64,000 bases of DNA from an uncultured Muribaculaceae bacterium (GCA_964542305.1 CAZITX010000006.1:4172-68171); one strand, 5' to 3'; numbered from the stretch's first letter, positions 1-7,781 are shown. Notes: generated from the sequence alone by a model not told the origin. Numbers and translations are program-made.

Positions 1-1272
1 GTACAGTATTCTGTAAAGATAACAAAAACCGTTGACAACCACCCAGACCACCAGTACGGTCCAGGGCTCCATGCCGTATTTGAGCAGCAGCCAGGTGGCC
101 GGCAGGGTAGTGATGCGGATCAGGGAAACGGTGATCTGGTACCGCCGTATCCGGCCCGCTGCCCAGGTTGTGATCCACAGGGGACCACTCAGGGATTCCA
201 CCAGGTAGTACAACAGGGTAATGCTGCAAAACACGACGGTGTATTGGGGAACTTCCTTTAGCCAGACATTCAGGATGAATTCCATGTTCAAAAGGATGGG
301 CAGGGTCAGGGCAAAGATCATGTAGTAGGAGAACTTGGAGGTCTGGTTGACCAAATCCTGCAGGTACTTTTGGTTCCCGGCTGCCGAGGCTTTGGTGATC
401 TGTGGGTTGAAAGAAGATTGGAAGTAGATTACAAAATTGTAGACCGCCGTACTGACCTGGGTGGCAATGCTCATAGCGGCATTGGTAACGAGCGGTGTAA
501 ACAGGTTCAGCAGGAATACCCGTCCTTGGGTGACGGCCAGCTGAGCGCCGGAATCGCACAATGTCCATCCGGAAAATCCCGCCATTTCCTTTAACAGCGG
601 CTTGTCCCAGGTGAGGCGGAACCGGCAGACACTGAATTTTCGCAGGGCATACCCGCGGGTGATGAAGAAGATCACCACAGATACAACCAGCAGCAACCCG
701 GCATAAGAGGCCAGTTTGTCCACGGGCGATACCATGAGCAGGAACACCACGCCCAATTTGAGCACCACATCGGCAATGCTGATCCAGGCGTAGAAGGACA
801 TTTTTTCGTGGGCAATGATGCTGGCGTTGTAGGGGGTTTGGATGATGTTCACACAGGTGACCAGGATCGTGAATTGAAACACCCAGTTGACCGCGTTCAT
901 GCGTTCAGGAGGAATAACAAGCTGCGTATTGAGAAACCACAGACCAACCGACTCGGCAATGACCACAATGATCAGTGCCACCACAAGGTAAAGGGTCATA
1001 CTCACGTCAAAGACGCGTTTTAGCCTCGGCAAGTCCCCGCGTCCCAGTTCCACGCTCATAAAGCGCTGTGTGGATGCGTTCAGGGCCGTTTGCAGGAAGG
1101 TGAACAGGGTGACGATCCCGCCCACGATCCCGTACAGGGCGAAGTCGTCCACGCCCAGCACATCCAGCACGATCCGCGAGGTATACAGGGTCATGGCCAG
1201 CCGCACCAGCATGCGAACGTAAAGCGCAACAGTGTTTTTGGCAATCAGTCGTTTGTGTTCAAGTTCCGTCAT
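1..1272 (-). CDS. wzx: Wzx-like polysaccharide/O-antigen flippase (MOP superfamily), partial: the C-terminus lies beyond the window start
   Basis: Absent from the ORF track because it runs off the window. My translation of the minus strand from the ATG at 1272-1270 gives MTELEHKRLIAKNTVALYVRMLVRLAMTLYTSRIVLDVLGVDDFALYGIVGG... and stays open to position 1 (424 codons). The product is strongly hydrophobic and multi-TM. It is the last gene of the rfbA-rfbB-ugd string. Confidence 0.75.
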   Translation of the reverse strand, partial: MTELEHKRLIAKNTVALYVRMLVRLAMTLYTSRIVLDVLGVDDFALYGIVGGIVTLFTFLQTALNASTQRFMSVELGRGDLPRLKRVFDVSMTLYLVVALIIVVIAESVGLWFLNTQLVIPPERMNAVNWVFQFTILVTCVNIIQTPYNASIIAHEKMSFYAWISIADVVLKLGVVFLLMVSPVDKLASYAGLLLVVSVVIFFITRGYALRKFSVCRFRLTWDKPLLKEMAGFSGWTLCDSGAQLAVTQGRVFLLNLFTPLVTNAAMSIATQVSTAVYNFVIYFQSSFNPQITKASAAGNQKYLQDLVNQTSKFSYYMIFALTLPILLNMEFILNVWLKEVPQYTVVFCSITLLYYLVESLSGPLWITTWAAGRIRRYQITVSLIRITTLPATWLLLKYGMEPWTVLVVWVVVNGFCYLYRILY

Positions 1273-1286
1273 AGGTTTCCCGGGCA

Positions 1287-1339
1287 GTTTTGTGGCAGTT
1301 CCAGGCGGTTTTGTGGCAGTTCCAGGTTGTTTTGTGGCC
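1287..1339. repeat. 21-nt direct tandem repeat, 2.5 copies (GTTTTGTGGCAGTTCCAGGCG), in the ugd/wzx intercistronic gap
   Basis: Units at 1287-1307, 1308-1328 and 1329-1339 (partial). The reverse complement CCTGGAACTGCCACAAAAC loosely resembles the GTGGAACC...GCGCCAAAA REP unit. Confidence 0.85.
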
Positions 1340-1345
1340 GGAGGC

Positions 1346-2665
1346 TTATGCCCCCAGTCCAATTCCTATGTATTCAAAGCCTTTCTCTTTGATTTCCTGT
1401 GGGTTGTAAATATTGCGCCCGTCAACGACCAGCGGCGTATGCATGATCTTGCGCAGCACGTCCCACGCAGGCATGCGGAATTCTTTCCACTCGGTCACCA
1501 GCACCAGCGCGTGCGCATCGTTAGCCGCTTCGTACATGTCGTTTGCAAAATGAATTGATTTGCCGAGTAGGCCGCGCGCCTGGTCCATGGCCACGGGATC
1601 GTAAGCCTGTACGCGGCATCCGGCTTCCAGCAGACTTTCAATGAGCACCCGGGAAGGCGCTTCCCGCATATCGTCGGTCTGTGGCTTGAAGGAAAGCCCC
1701 CAAACCGCAACGGTTTTACCTTTGAGCGCACCGCCGAAGTGTTTGTGCAACTTGTCAAACAGCACCTTCTTTTGAGCTTCGTTCACCCGGTCCACCGATT
1801 CTATGAGTTCCATAGGATACCCGTGCTCGCGGCCCATGCCAATGAGCGCCTTCACATCTTTTGGGAAGCAACTGCCTCCGTAGCCCGGCCCGGCGTACAG
1901 GAATTTATGCCCGATGCGGGTGTCCGAGCCGATCCCTACGCGCACGCTGTTCACATCGGCACCCATTTTTTCACAAAGGTTGGCCATCTGGTTCATGAAC
2001 GAGATGCGGGTGGCCAGCATGGCGTTGGCTGCGTATTTGGTCATCTCGGCAGAAGGAACATCCATAAAGAGCACCCGGAAATTCTTCAGCAGGAAAGGCC
2101 GGTAGAGGTTTTCCATGATCTTGCGGGCCTTTTCGGTTTCCACACCTACGACCACCCGGTCCGGGCTCATGAAATCGCGGATGGCGTCGCCTTCCTTCAG
2201 AAATTCGGGATTGGAAGCTATGTCAAAAGGGATATCGGCTTTTCGCTTGCCGAGTTCTTCGTTGATCACCTGTTTTACTTTGGCGGCGGTGCCTACCGGA
2301 ACCGTACTTTTGGTGGTGAATACCAGGTAGTTGGTCATGTGTTTTCCCACAGTCCGGGCCACATCCAAAACGTAATGAATGTCCGCGCTCCCGTCTTCAT
2401 TAGGCGGCGTACCGACGGCACTGAACACAATTTCCGTGTTTTCCAGGCAATCCTTCAGTTCTGTGGTAAAATGCAAACGCCCTGCAATTACGTTCCGGCT
2501 GACCATGGGCTCCAGTCCGGGTTCATAAATGGGCAAAATTCCTTTTTTCAGGTTCTCGATCTTCTGTTTGTCAATGTCCACACACGTCACGTGTGCGCCC
2601 ATCTCGGCAAAACAGACTCCGGACACAAGTCCTACGTACCCGGTTCCTACAATGGCAATATTCAT
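1346..2665 (-). CDS. ugd: UDP-glucose 6-dehydrogenase
   Basis: 439 aa. N-terminal Rossmann motif IVGTGYVGLVSG, catalytic Cys motif GYGGSCFPKDV, and full-length family resemblance. Confidence 0.93.
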   Translation of the reverse strand: MNIAIVGTGYVGLVSGVCFAEMGAHVTCVDIDKQKIENLKKGILPIYEPGLEPMVSRNVIAGRLHFTTELKDCLENTEIVFSAVGTPPNEDGSADIHYVLDVARTVGKHMTNYLVFTTKSTVPVGTAAKVKQVINEELGKRKADIPFDIASNPEFLKEGDAIRDFMSPDRVVVGVETEKARKIMENLYRPFLLKNFRVLFMDVPSAEMTKYAANAMLATRISFMNQMANLCEKMGADVNSVRVGIGSDTRIGHKFLYAGPGYGGSCFPKDVKALIGMGREHGYPMELIESVDRVNEAQKKVLFDKLHKHFGGALKGKTVAVWGLSFKPQTDDMREAPSRVLIESLLEAGCRVQAYDPVAMDQARGLLGKSIHFANDMYEAANDAHALVLVTEWKEFRMPAWDVLRKIMHTPLVVDGRNIYNPQEIKEKGFEYIGIGLGA

Positions 2666-2690
2666 ACGGTTTTGGTTTGGGGAGCAGGGG

Positions 2691-2798
2691 GAATCTCTGA
2701 GATTCTGCGCAACTGCTCTTTGTTGAAATTCTTATATATCATATAATCAGCGTTTTGTGGTACTAACGGCCGAGTTCTTGCGCAGAATCTCTGAGATT
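2691..2798. repeat. REPIN/MITE-like inverted REP doublet (~108 nt) at the rfbB/ugd junction
   Basis: Arm 2691-2712 is GAATCTCTGAGATTCTGCGCAA. A 65-nt spacer follows. Arm 2778-2798 is the inverted copy, TTGCGCAGAATCTCTGAGATT. Each arm contains the palindrome GAATCTC-N-GAGATTC. Confidence 0.85.
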
Positions 2799-3805
2799 AC
2801 CGTCCGCTCCAGTCCCTCCCGGAAGGTCATCTGCTGCTGCCAGCCGAGTTCGGTTTTGATCTTGGTGGCGTCTATGGCATAACGCAAGTCGTGTCCCGGG
2901 CGGTCGGTGACAAAGGTGATGAGCGGGAGGGAGTCGCCTGCCGGACGGCCCAGCTGACGGTCGGTGATTTCTATGAGCAGGCGCACCAGTTCAATATTCT
3001 GCCACTCGTTCTCCCCGCCTATATTATAGGTTTCACCCACACGGCCCTTATGAAACACCAGGTCAATGGCCCGGGCATGGTCTTCCACATACAGCCAGTC
3101 ACGAACGTTTTCGCCTTTGCCGTATACGGGTAGTGGTTTGCGGTTTACTATATTGTTGATGATCACGGGGATCAGTTTTTCCGGGTACTGGCAGGGTCCG
3201 TAATTGTTGGAGCAATTGGATATCTTCACGGGCAGCCCGTAGGTATGGTAAAAAGCCCTTACAAAATGATCTGCCGAGGCTTTGGAGGCCGAGTAGGGGG
3301 AGCGGGGGTCATAGGGGGTGGTTTCCCGGAAGGGTTCGTCCCCAAAGTGAAGTGCACCGTAAACTTCATCTGTGGATATCTGGTAAAAAAGGTGTTTGTG
3401 GTAGTCTTCCTTTTTCCAGTACGTTTTGGCCGTTTGCAACAGGGTAAGCGTTCCCATCACATTGGAGCGGGCAAAGGCAAACGGATCCGTAATGCTGCGG
3501 TCCACATGGCTTTCGGCCGCCAGGTGTATCACGGCATCTATTTGGTATTTACGGAAGATCTCCTCCATTTTCGCATGATCGCACACATCGGCCTGTATGA
3601 ACACATAATTGGGTTCATTTTCAATATCTTTCAGGTACTCCGGGTTGGCTGCATACGTTAATTTATCCACATTGATGATGCGGTACTGCGGATACTTCTT
3701 CACAAAATGCCTGACCACGTGCGATCCAATGAAGCCACACCCGCCGGAGATGAAAATCTCAGAGATTCTGCGCAAGTCCATGAGGTTGTTTTTTGCACTT
3801 TCCAT
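2747..3805 (-). CDS. rfbB: dTDP-glucose 4,6-dehydratase
   Basis: 352 aa. Rossmann motif SGGCGFIGSHV and SDR catalytic motif PYSASKASADHF. An alternative start at the second ATG (3781, MDLRRISEIF...) fits the usual short N-terminus better. Both termini are encoded by the repeat elements. Confidence 0.9.
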   Translation of the reverse strand: MESAKNNLMDLRRISEIFISGGCGFIGSHVVRHFVKKYPQYRIINVDKLTYAANPEYLKDIENEPNYVFIQADVCDHAKMEEIFRKYQIDAVIHLAAESHVDRSITDPFAFARSNVMGTLTLLQTAKTYWKKEDYHKHLFYQISTDEVYGALHFGDEPFRETTPYDPRSPYSASKASADHFVRAFYHTYGLPVKISNCSNNYGPCQYPEKLIPVIINNIVNRKPLPVYGKGENVRDWLYVEDHARAIDLVFHKGRVGETYNIGGENEWQNIELVRLLIEITDRQLGRPAGDSLPLITFVTDRPGHDLRYAIDATKIKTELGWQQQMTFREGLERTVISEILRKNSAVSTTKR

Positions 3806-3862
3806 AAAATCAGCAGGTTAAGATTTGGTGGTGTTGTGTGTTGCGCAGAATCTCTGAGATTC
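3754..3862. repeat. REPIN/MITE-like inverted REP doublet (~109 nt) at the rfbA/rfbB junction
   Basis: Arm 3754-3775 is AAATCTCAGAGATTCTGCGCAA. A 65-nt spacer follows. Arm 3841-3862 is TTGCGCAGAATCTCTGAGATTC. The spacer shares a CATA(A/T)AATCAGC block with the 2691-2798 copy. Confidence 0.85.
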
Positions 3863-4744
3863 CCGGGCGGCTGCTGCGTTTGCAAGCTCCAGGATGTACT
3901 GCCCGTATTCATTGCTTTTCATGGGCTGGGCATCTTCGCGGAGCTGTTGGGCAGTGCGCCAGCCGTTGCGCAGGGCGATTTCTTCCAGGCAGGCGATTTT
4001 CAAACCCTGCCGGGCCTGGATGGTTTCCACAAAGTTGGACGCCTCGGCAAGGGAACTATGCGTGCCGGTGTCCAGCCAGGCAAAGCCTCGGCCCAGAGTG
4101 GTTACGTGCAGACGCTGTTGCTGGAGGAAATGGTCGTTGACCGAGGTGATTTCCAACTCGCCCCGGGCAGAGGGTTTCACACGCGCGGCCACTTCCAGCA
4201 CGTTGTTGGGGTAGAAATAGAGGCCCGTGACGGCCAGGTTTGATTTGGGTTGCTGCGGTTTTTCCTGTATTGAGAGGGGATTCCCGTTTTTGCCTATTTC
4301 TACGACGCCGTAGCGTTCCGGGTCTTTTATGGGGTAACCGAAGATGTGTGCAAAGCCTTTGTTTGCCGAGTCCAAGGCCTGGTGGAGCATGGTCCGGAAA
4401 CCTTGCCCGTAGAAAATGTTGTCGCCCAGAACCAGGCTGACGCAGTCGCTGCCCACAAAGTCCCTGCCAATGATGAACGCCTGTGCCAGCCCTTCCGGCC
4501 GGGGTTGGGGGGCATATTGGAATCGGACACCAAAGGATTCACCTGAGCCCAGCAGCCTTTCAAAGGAGGGCAGGTCCTGAGGGGTGGATATGATGAGGAT
4601 GTCCTGTATTCCGGCCAGCATCAGGACAGATAACGGGTAATAGATCATGGGTTTATCGTAGATGGGGAGCAATTGCTTGGAGACTCCTTTTGTTATGGGG
4701 TACAGGCGTGTGCCCGAGCCTCCTGCCAGAATAATTCCTTTCAT
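3818..4744 (-). CDS. rfbA: Glucose-1-phosphate thymidylyltransferase
   Basis: 308 aa. The N-terminus [18 protein letters not shown] carries the G-G-x-G-T-R signature, and the RmlA resemblance is full-length. The last ~17 residues are read through the REP arm. Confidence 0.93.
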   Translation of the reverse strand: MKGIILAGGSGTRLYPITKGVSKQLLPIYDKPMIYYPLSVLMLAGIQDILIISTPQDLPSFERLLGSGESFGVRFQYAPQPRPEGLAQAFIIGRDFVGSDCVSLVLGDNIFYGQGFRTMLHQALDSANKGFAHIFGYPIKDPERYGVVEIGKNGNPLSIQEKPQQPKSNLAVTGLYFYPNNVLEVAARVKPSARGELEITSVNDHFLQQQRLHVTTLGRGFAWLDTGTHSSLAEASNFVETIQARQGLKIACLEEIALRNGWRTAQQLREDAQPMKSNEYGQYILELANAAAARESQRFCATHNTTKS

Positions 4745-4766
4745 ATTCAGGATTTTTGAATGTGAA

Positions 4767-4774
4767 CAAAGTTA
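4767..4774 (-). promoter_or_regulatory. Bacteroidota-type -7 promoter box (TAACTTTG) for the rfbA-rfbB-ugd-wzx operon
   Basis: The plus strand reads CAAAGTTA, whose reverse complement TAACTTTG matches TAnnTTTG. It lies 22 nt upstream of the rfbA ATG (4744). Confidence 0.45.
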
Positions 4775-4779
4775 ATAAT

Positions 4780-4787
4780 TATCTTTG
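4780..4787 (+). promoter_or_regulatory. -7 promoter box (TATCTTTG) for the SBP-permease gene
   Basis: Matches TAnnTTTG. Only 4 nt separate it from the ATG at 4792. A TTTG at 4755-4758 could be the -33 element. Confidence 0.45.
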
Positions 4788-4791
4788 AGCG

Positions 4792-6498
4792 ATGAAATGT
4801 TTGTGGATACTGGCAACCATCCTTTTTATGCAGGGTCACGGGCTGCCCCCAGCCGCAGCTGCAATGCCCGAAATGCCAGCGGTCGCAGCTGCAATGCCCG
4901 GACTGGCCGCTTCCGCAGCTCCAATCCCCGAACTGCCCACGTCCGCTTCTGCAGCTGCACTGCCCGGGCTGACCGTGGTTGACGGGACAGGCAAAACGGC
5001 GGCTTCATCCGCAGGAACAGATATTGACAGTTTGCAGGTGATTGCTGACAGCTTGCTCAATGGCAAAACTGTTGCGGTGATGACAGGATCCCTGGGCGAG
5101 ATGATGCTGACCGATGAATGCCCGCAAGTGGTAGTACGCTGTTTTGACGATATCATGGACGGCTTTGCCGCGCTGCGGGCCGGAAAGGTAAATTACGTGA
5201 TGACCGCCTACACAACAGCCTATGTGGTGAACCGTTCCGAACGGTCGTACCGGATATTACCGCATCATTTGACCAATGAAGGGGCCGGGGTGGCCATATC
5301 CAAAAGCAATGATACCGGGTTGTTGCGGGGAATCGATTCGGTTCTGGCTGTTTTTAGAAAGGACGGTACTCTGGACGCGATCATAGGGAACTGGATCCGA
5401 CACGACGGCTCGGATTATGTGATTCCTGAATTCGGGAATAATGACAGGCAACAGGACAGATCTACAAGTGTTCATGAGGGCAGGCCTGCTAACTCTCAGC
5501 AAGACAGACCGGTGTTGCGGGTGGGTACTGCAGCCAACAGGGAGCCCATGTGTTTCATTCAAAACAACAAGATTGCCGGACTGGACTGGGAGTTGATGAT
5601 GCGTACCGGTGAGGCGCTGGGTATGGAAGTGGAATTTGTGGATATGAAATATGCCGCCCTGATAGCAGCCTTGCAATCGGGAAAGATAGATGCCATCGCA
5701 TCAAATATGACAGCAACAGCCGAGCGGAAAAAGCAGGTGGATTTTTCCGAGGTGTATTTTGTGAATCCACAGGTGCTGATCGTTTGGGATCCCGGTGAGC
5801 TTTCTGAAAATGAAGGGAATGCCACTCTTGGTCATTGGGATCAGTTAAAAGACGGATTGCAACGGAATCTGATCCACGAAAAACGTTACCGATTGATATT
5901 GGACGGATTGTGGATTACATTCGTCATTGCCATTCTCTCTGTGATCCTGGGGACACTGGTGGGGGCAGGTATCTGTGCTTTGCGCATGTCTTCGCACCCG
6001 ATAAGTAGAAATTTTGCAAAGGGATACATTTCTTTATTCCGGGCGATCCCGCACGTGGTTATTCTGATGTTGATGTTTTACGTGGTGTTTGCTACGTTGC
6101 GGATCAGCGGAATTTTTGTTTCTGTCATTACGTTTGCCATGATCTTTGCGGCATATTCTTCAGAGTTATTCCGAACATCCCTGGAGAGTATTCCCACAGG
6201 TCAGCGTCATGCTGGACTGGCCCTGGGTCTTAATAAATTCCAGACATTTTGGTACATTTTACTGCCCCAGGCCGTACGGATTGCGTTTCCGGTCTACAAG
6301 GGCGAGGTGATTTCACTTATTAAAATGACGGCAATTGTGGGATATATTGCGGTTCAGGATCTTACAAAGGCCGGAGATATAATTCGCAGCCGCACTTTTG
6401 ATGCATTCTTTCCACTGGTGATGGTCGCCCTGATCTATATGGTGATCATTTGGGTCATCACCCGGCTTTTGAACCTGATCTCTTTCAAGCAGAGTTAA
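4792..6498 (+). CDS. Fused amino-acid ABC transporter protein: two SBP_bac_3-like substrate-binding modules plus a His/Glu/Gln/Arg-type permease domain
   Basis: 568 aa. Signal-like N-terminus, Ala/Pro repeat linker, SBP-like segments (GKTVAVMTGS...DGTLDAIIGNW; LRVGTAANREPMCF...SGKIDAIASNMTATAERKKQVDFSEVY), then a multi-TM permease (LDGLWITFVIAILSVILGTLVGA...). Confidence 0.75.
   Translation: MKCLWILATILFMQGHGLPPAAAAMPEMPAVAAAMPGLAASAAPIPELPTSASAAALPGLTVVDGTGKTAASSAGTDIDSLQVIADSLLNGKTVAVMTGSLGEMMLTDECPQVVVRCFDDIMDGFAALRAGKVNYVMTAYTTAYVVNRSERSYRILPHHLTNEGAGVAISKSNDTGLLRGIDSVLAVFRKDGTLDAIIGNWIRHDGSDYVIPEFGNNDRQQDRSTSVHEGRPANSQQDRPVLRVGTAANREPMCFIQNNKIAGLDWELMMRTGEALGMEVEFVDMKYAALIAALQSGKIDAIASNMTATAERKKQVDFSEVYFVNPQVLIVWDPGELSENEGNATLGHWDQLKDGLQRNLIHEKRYRLILDGLWITFVIAILSVILGTLVGAGICALRMSSHPISRNFAKGYISLFRAIPHVVILMLMFYVVFATLRISGIFVSVITFAMIFAAYSSELFRTSLESIPTGQRHAGLALGLNKFQTFWYILLPQAVRIAFPVYKGEVISLIKMTAIVGYIAVQDLTKAGDIIRSRTFDAFFPLVMVALIYMVIIWVITRLLNLISFKQS
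4855..4977 (+). repeat. Imperfect 30-36 nt tandem repeat x4 encoding an Ala/Pro-rich linker
   Basis: Units GCAGCTGCAATGCCCGAAATGCCAGCGGTC (4855-4884), 4885-4914, 4915-4950 and 4951-4977. They encode AAAMPEMPAV / AAAMPGLAAS / AAPIPELPTSAS / AAALPGLTV. Confidence 0.8.
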
Positions 6499-7664
6499 TC
6501 CAACTTATTGTAATACACGAATTTGTGCTTGGGCAGGGCGTCTGGGTAAAAAATCGCGACCAGATCGGCCAGGATTAGGTGCGGACTGACGGCCCCCGAC
6601 TCGAAATAATCACTACCACCTCCACGCGTGCTGCGCAGGTTGTTGTTCCAGACGTTGCCGTTGCGGAAAGCCGGAATCTCGGCAAATCTCTGATCCGATG
6701 CCGCCAGCGAAGAAAGATCGGAGAACTGGTTTGGATGAAGCCAAAAATCTGCTTCAAGTGCATAAATGTAAGCCTGTTCCGTGCTGATGACCGTCGTTTT
6801 TTTTCCGTGTTCCGAGCCGAGTATGACGCCTCCGGCGTCCCTGATCAGGATGTGTTGATGGCTCTCCGTTCCGGGCACGTACCAGACGTCTTTGAACGGT
6901 GCGTTGATCAGGACTTTAACCGGTTTGAAGGTTGTGTTGAGCGAGTCCTGGCTGCTGCTGCCGTTTTCCAACGCTTTGCGCCGTTGCCTGAGTGTTACTG
7001 CCTGCCTGGCCAGGAGGCAATATTCTTCGTAAGTCTCGTATATCCAGTGGAATTGCTCCATCGCCATCACCTCTTTGTCAAAATATGCGGCAAAGGCCAC
7101 CAAGAACTCGGCCTTCCCAAGGGGATGATCTTCAAGGTGTTCGGGCACTTCTACAACACATATACCCAACTTCCTGATCTTCTGGATGTAATCAGCAGGC
7201 TGTCCCGGTACGGCATATGCGAAAACGATGTCAGGCTCCAATGCCATCAGGGTTTCATAATCAATTGCCGATTCGTAACCCACATCCACGGCGTTCCTGA
7301 GTTTGTCATTATATATATACTGACGACCGGAAATACCTATAATTGAGCGGGTTTCGTTGATGGCATCCAGGTAGGCAATGTGAGTGGTTGACAAGCAGAC
7401 CACCCGTTTCACTTTATGAATAACCTGCCTGGTTTCTTTCTTTGACACCGGATCTTTAAGGTACAAAACCTTTTCCCCGTCTTCCCTCGCAATAAAGAAG
7501 TTATTGGCATACAGTGGTTTATAGATATATTCAATATCACCCTCTTTAAAAGGCTCTTGCGTCAAATTCTGTATACGAAAATTCCTGCTCCGGGGACCGG
7601 GACAAGATTGAAATGCCAGTGTGAACAGCAATACGCAGGAGCCGATAACAGCTCCCCTGAGCAT
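6495..7664 (-). CDS. ABC-transporter periplasmic binding lipoprotein (Peripla_BP_2 / BtuF-FecB-like)
   Basis: The ORF-track start at 7730 overlaps the tRNA, so I trimmed it to Met23 (ATG at 7664). That start gives MLRGAVIGSCVLLFTLAFQSC, a lipobox. The family-like core is VVCLSTTHIAYLDAI...LEPDIVFA... Confidence 0.75.
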   Translation of the reverse strand: MLRGAVIGSCVLLFTLAFQSCPGPRSRNFRIQNLTQEPFKEGDIEYIYKPLYANNFFIAREDGEKVLYLKDPVSKKETRQVIHKVKRVVCLSTTHIAYLDAINETRSIIGISGRQYIYNDKLRNAVDVGYESAIDYETLMALEPDIVFAYAVPGQPADYIQKIRKLGICVVEVPEHLEDHPLGKAEFLVAFAAYFDKEVMAMEQFHWIYETYEEYCLLARQAVTLRQRRKALENGSSSQDSLNTTFKPVKVLINAPFKDVWYVPGTESHQHILIRDAGGVILGSEHGKKTTVISTEQAYIYALEADFWLHPNQFSDLSSLAASDQRFAEIPAFRNGNVWNNNLRSTRGGGSDYFESGAVSPHLILADLVAIFYPDALPKHKFVYYNKLD

Positions 7665-7694
7665 TCTGGTTTTTTTCACAACTAATTGTTTTTG

Positions 7695-7767
7695 AGCCTT
7701 CCACGGGACTCGAACCCGCGACCTGCTCATTACGAATGAGCTGCTCTACCGACTGAGCTAAGAAGGC
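7695..7767 (-). tRNA. tRNA-Thr (anticodon CGT)
   Basis: The reverse complement folds as a 73-nt cloverleaf. Acceptor GCCTTCT/GGAAGGC; D arm GCTC-AGTCGGTA-GAGC; anticodon arm GCTCA-TTCGTAA-TGAGC; variable loop AGGTC; T arm GCGGG-TTCGAGT-CCCGT. CCA is not encoded. Confidence 0.9.
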
Positions 7768-7781
7768 TTGGCTTAGGGCTG

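Noticed and set aside
2691-2712. The 15-bp perfect palindrome GAATCTCTGAGATTC as a transcription-factor operator.
   Set aside because: The four copies lie at internal cistron junctions and inside coding ends rather than at the operon promoter (4767-4774). They are extended by the GCGCAA REP end and are arranged as 108-nt inverted doublets. A mobile REP element is the simpler explanation, although protein binding is not excluded.
1739-2746. 335-aa plus-strand ORF opposite ugd.
   Set aside because: This is a shadow ORF antisense to a very well supported gene. Its composition is His/Phe/Gly-rich junk with no family resemblance.
4826-5156. Minus-strand ORFs 4826-5008 and 4836-5156 across the Ala/Pro repeat.
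   Set aside because: These are artefacts of the GC-rich tandem repeat, which is open in several frames. They are nested in the 5' end of the transporter gene.
7665-7694. A cobalamin or other riboswitch upstream of the BtuF-like binding-protein gene.
   Set aside because: Only about 30 nt separate the start codon from the tRNA gene. That is too short for any known riboswitch aptamer.
7665-7730. N-terminal 22 codons of ORF 6495-7730 (MSRSRVRVPWKAQKQLVVKKTR...).
   Set aside because: This stretch overlaps the tRNA-Thr gene (7695-7767) on the same strand. The internal Met at 7664 gives a proper lipoprotein signal peptide, so the CDS was trimmed.
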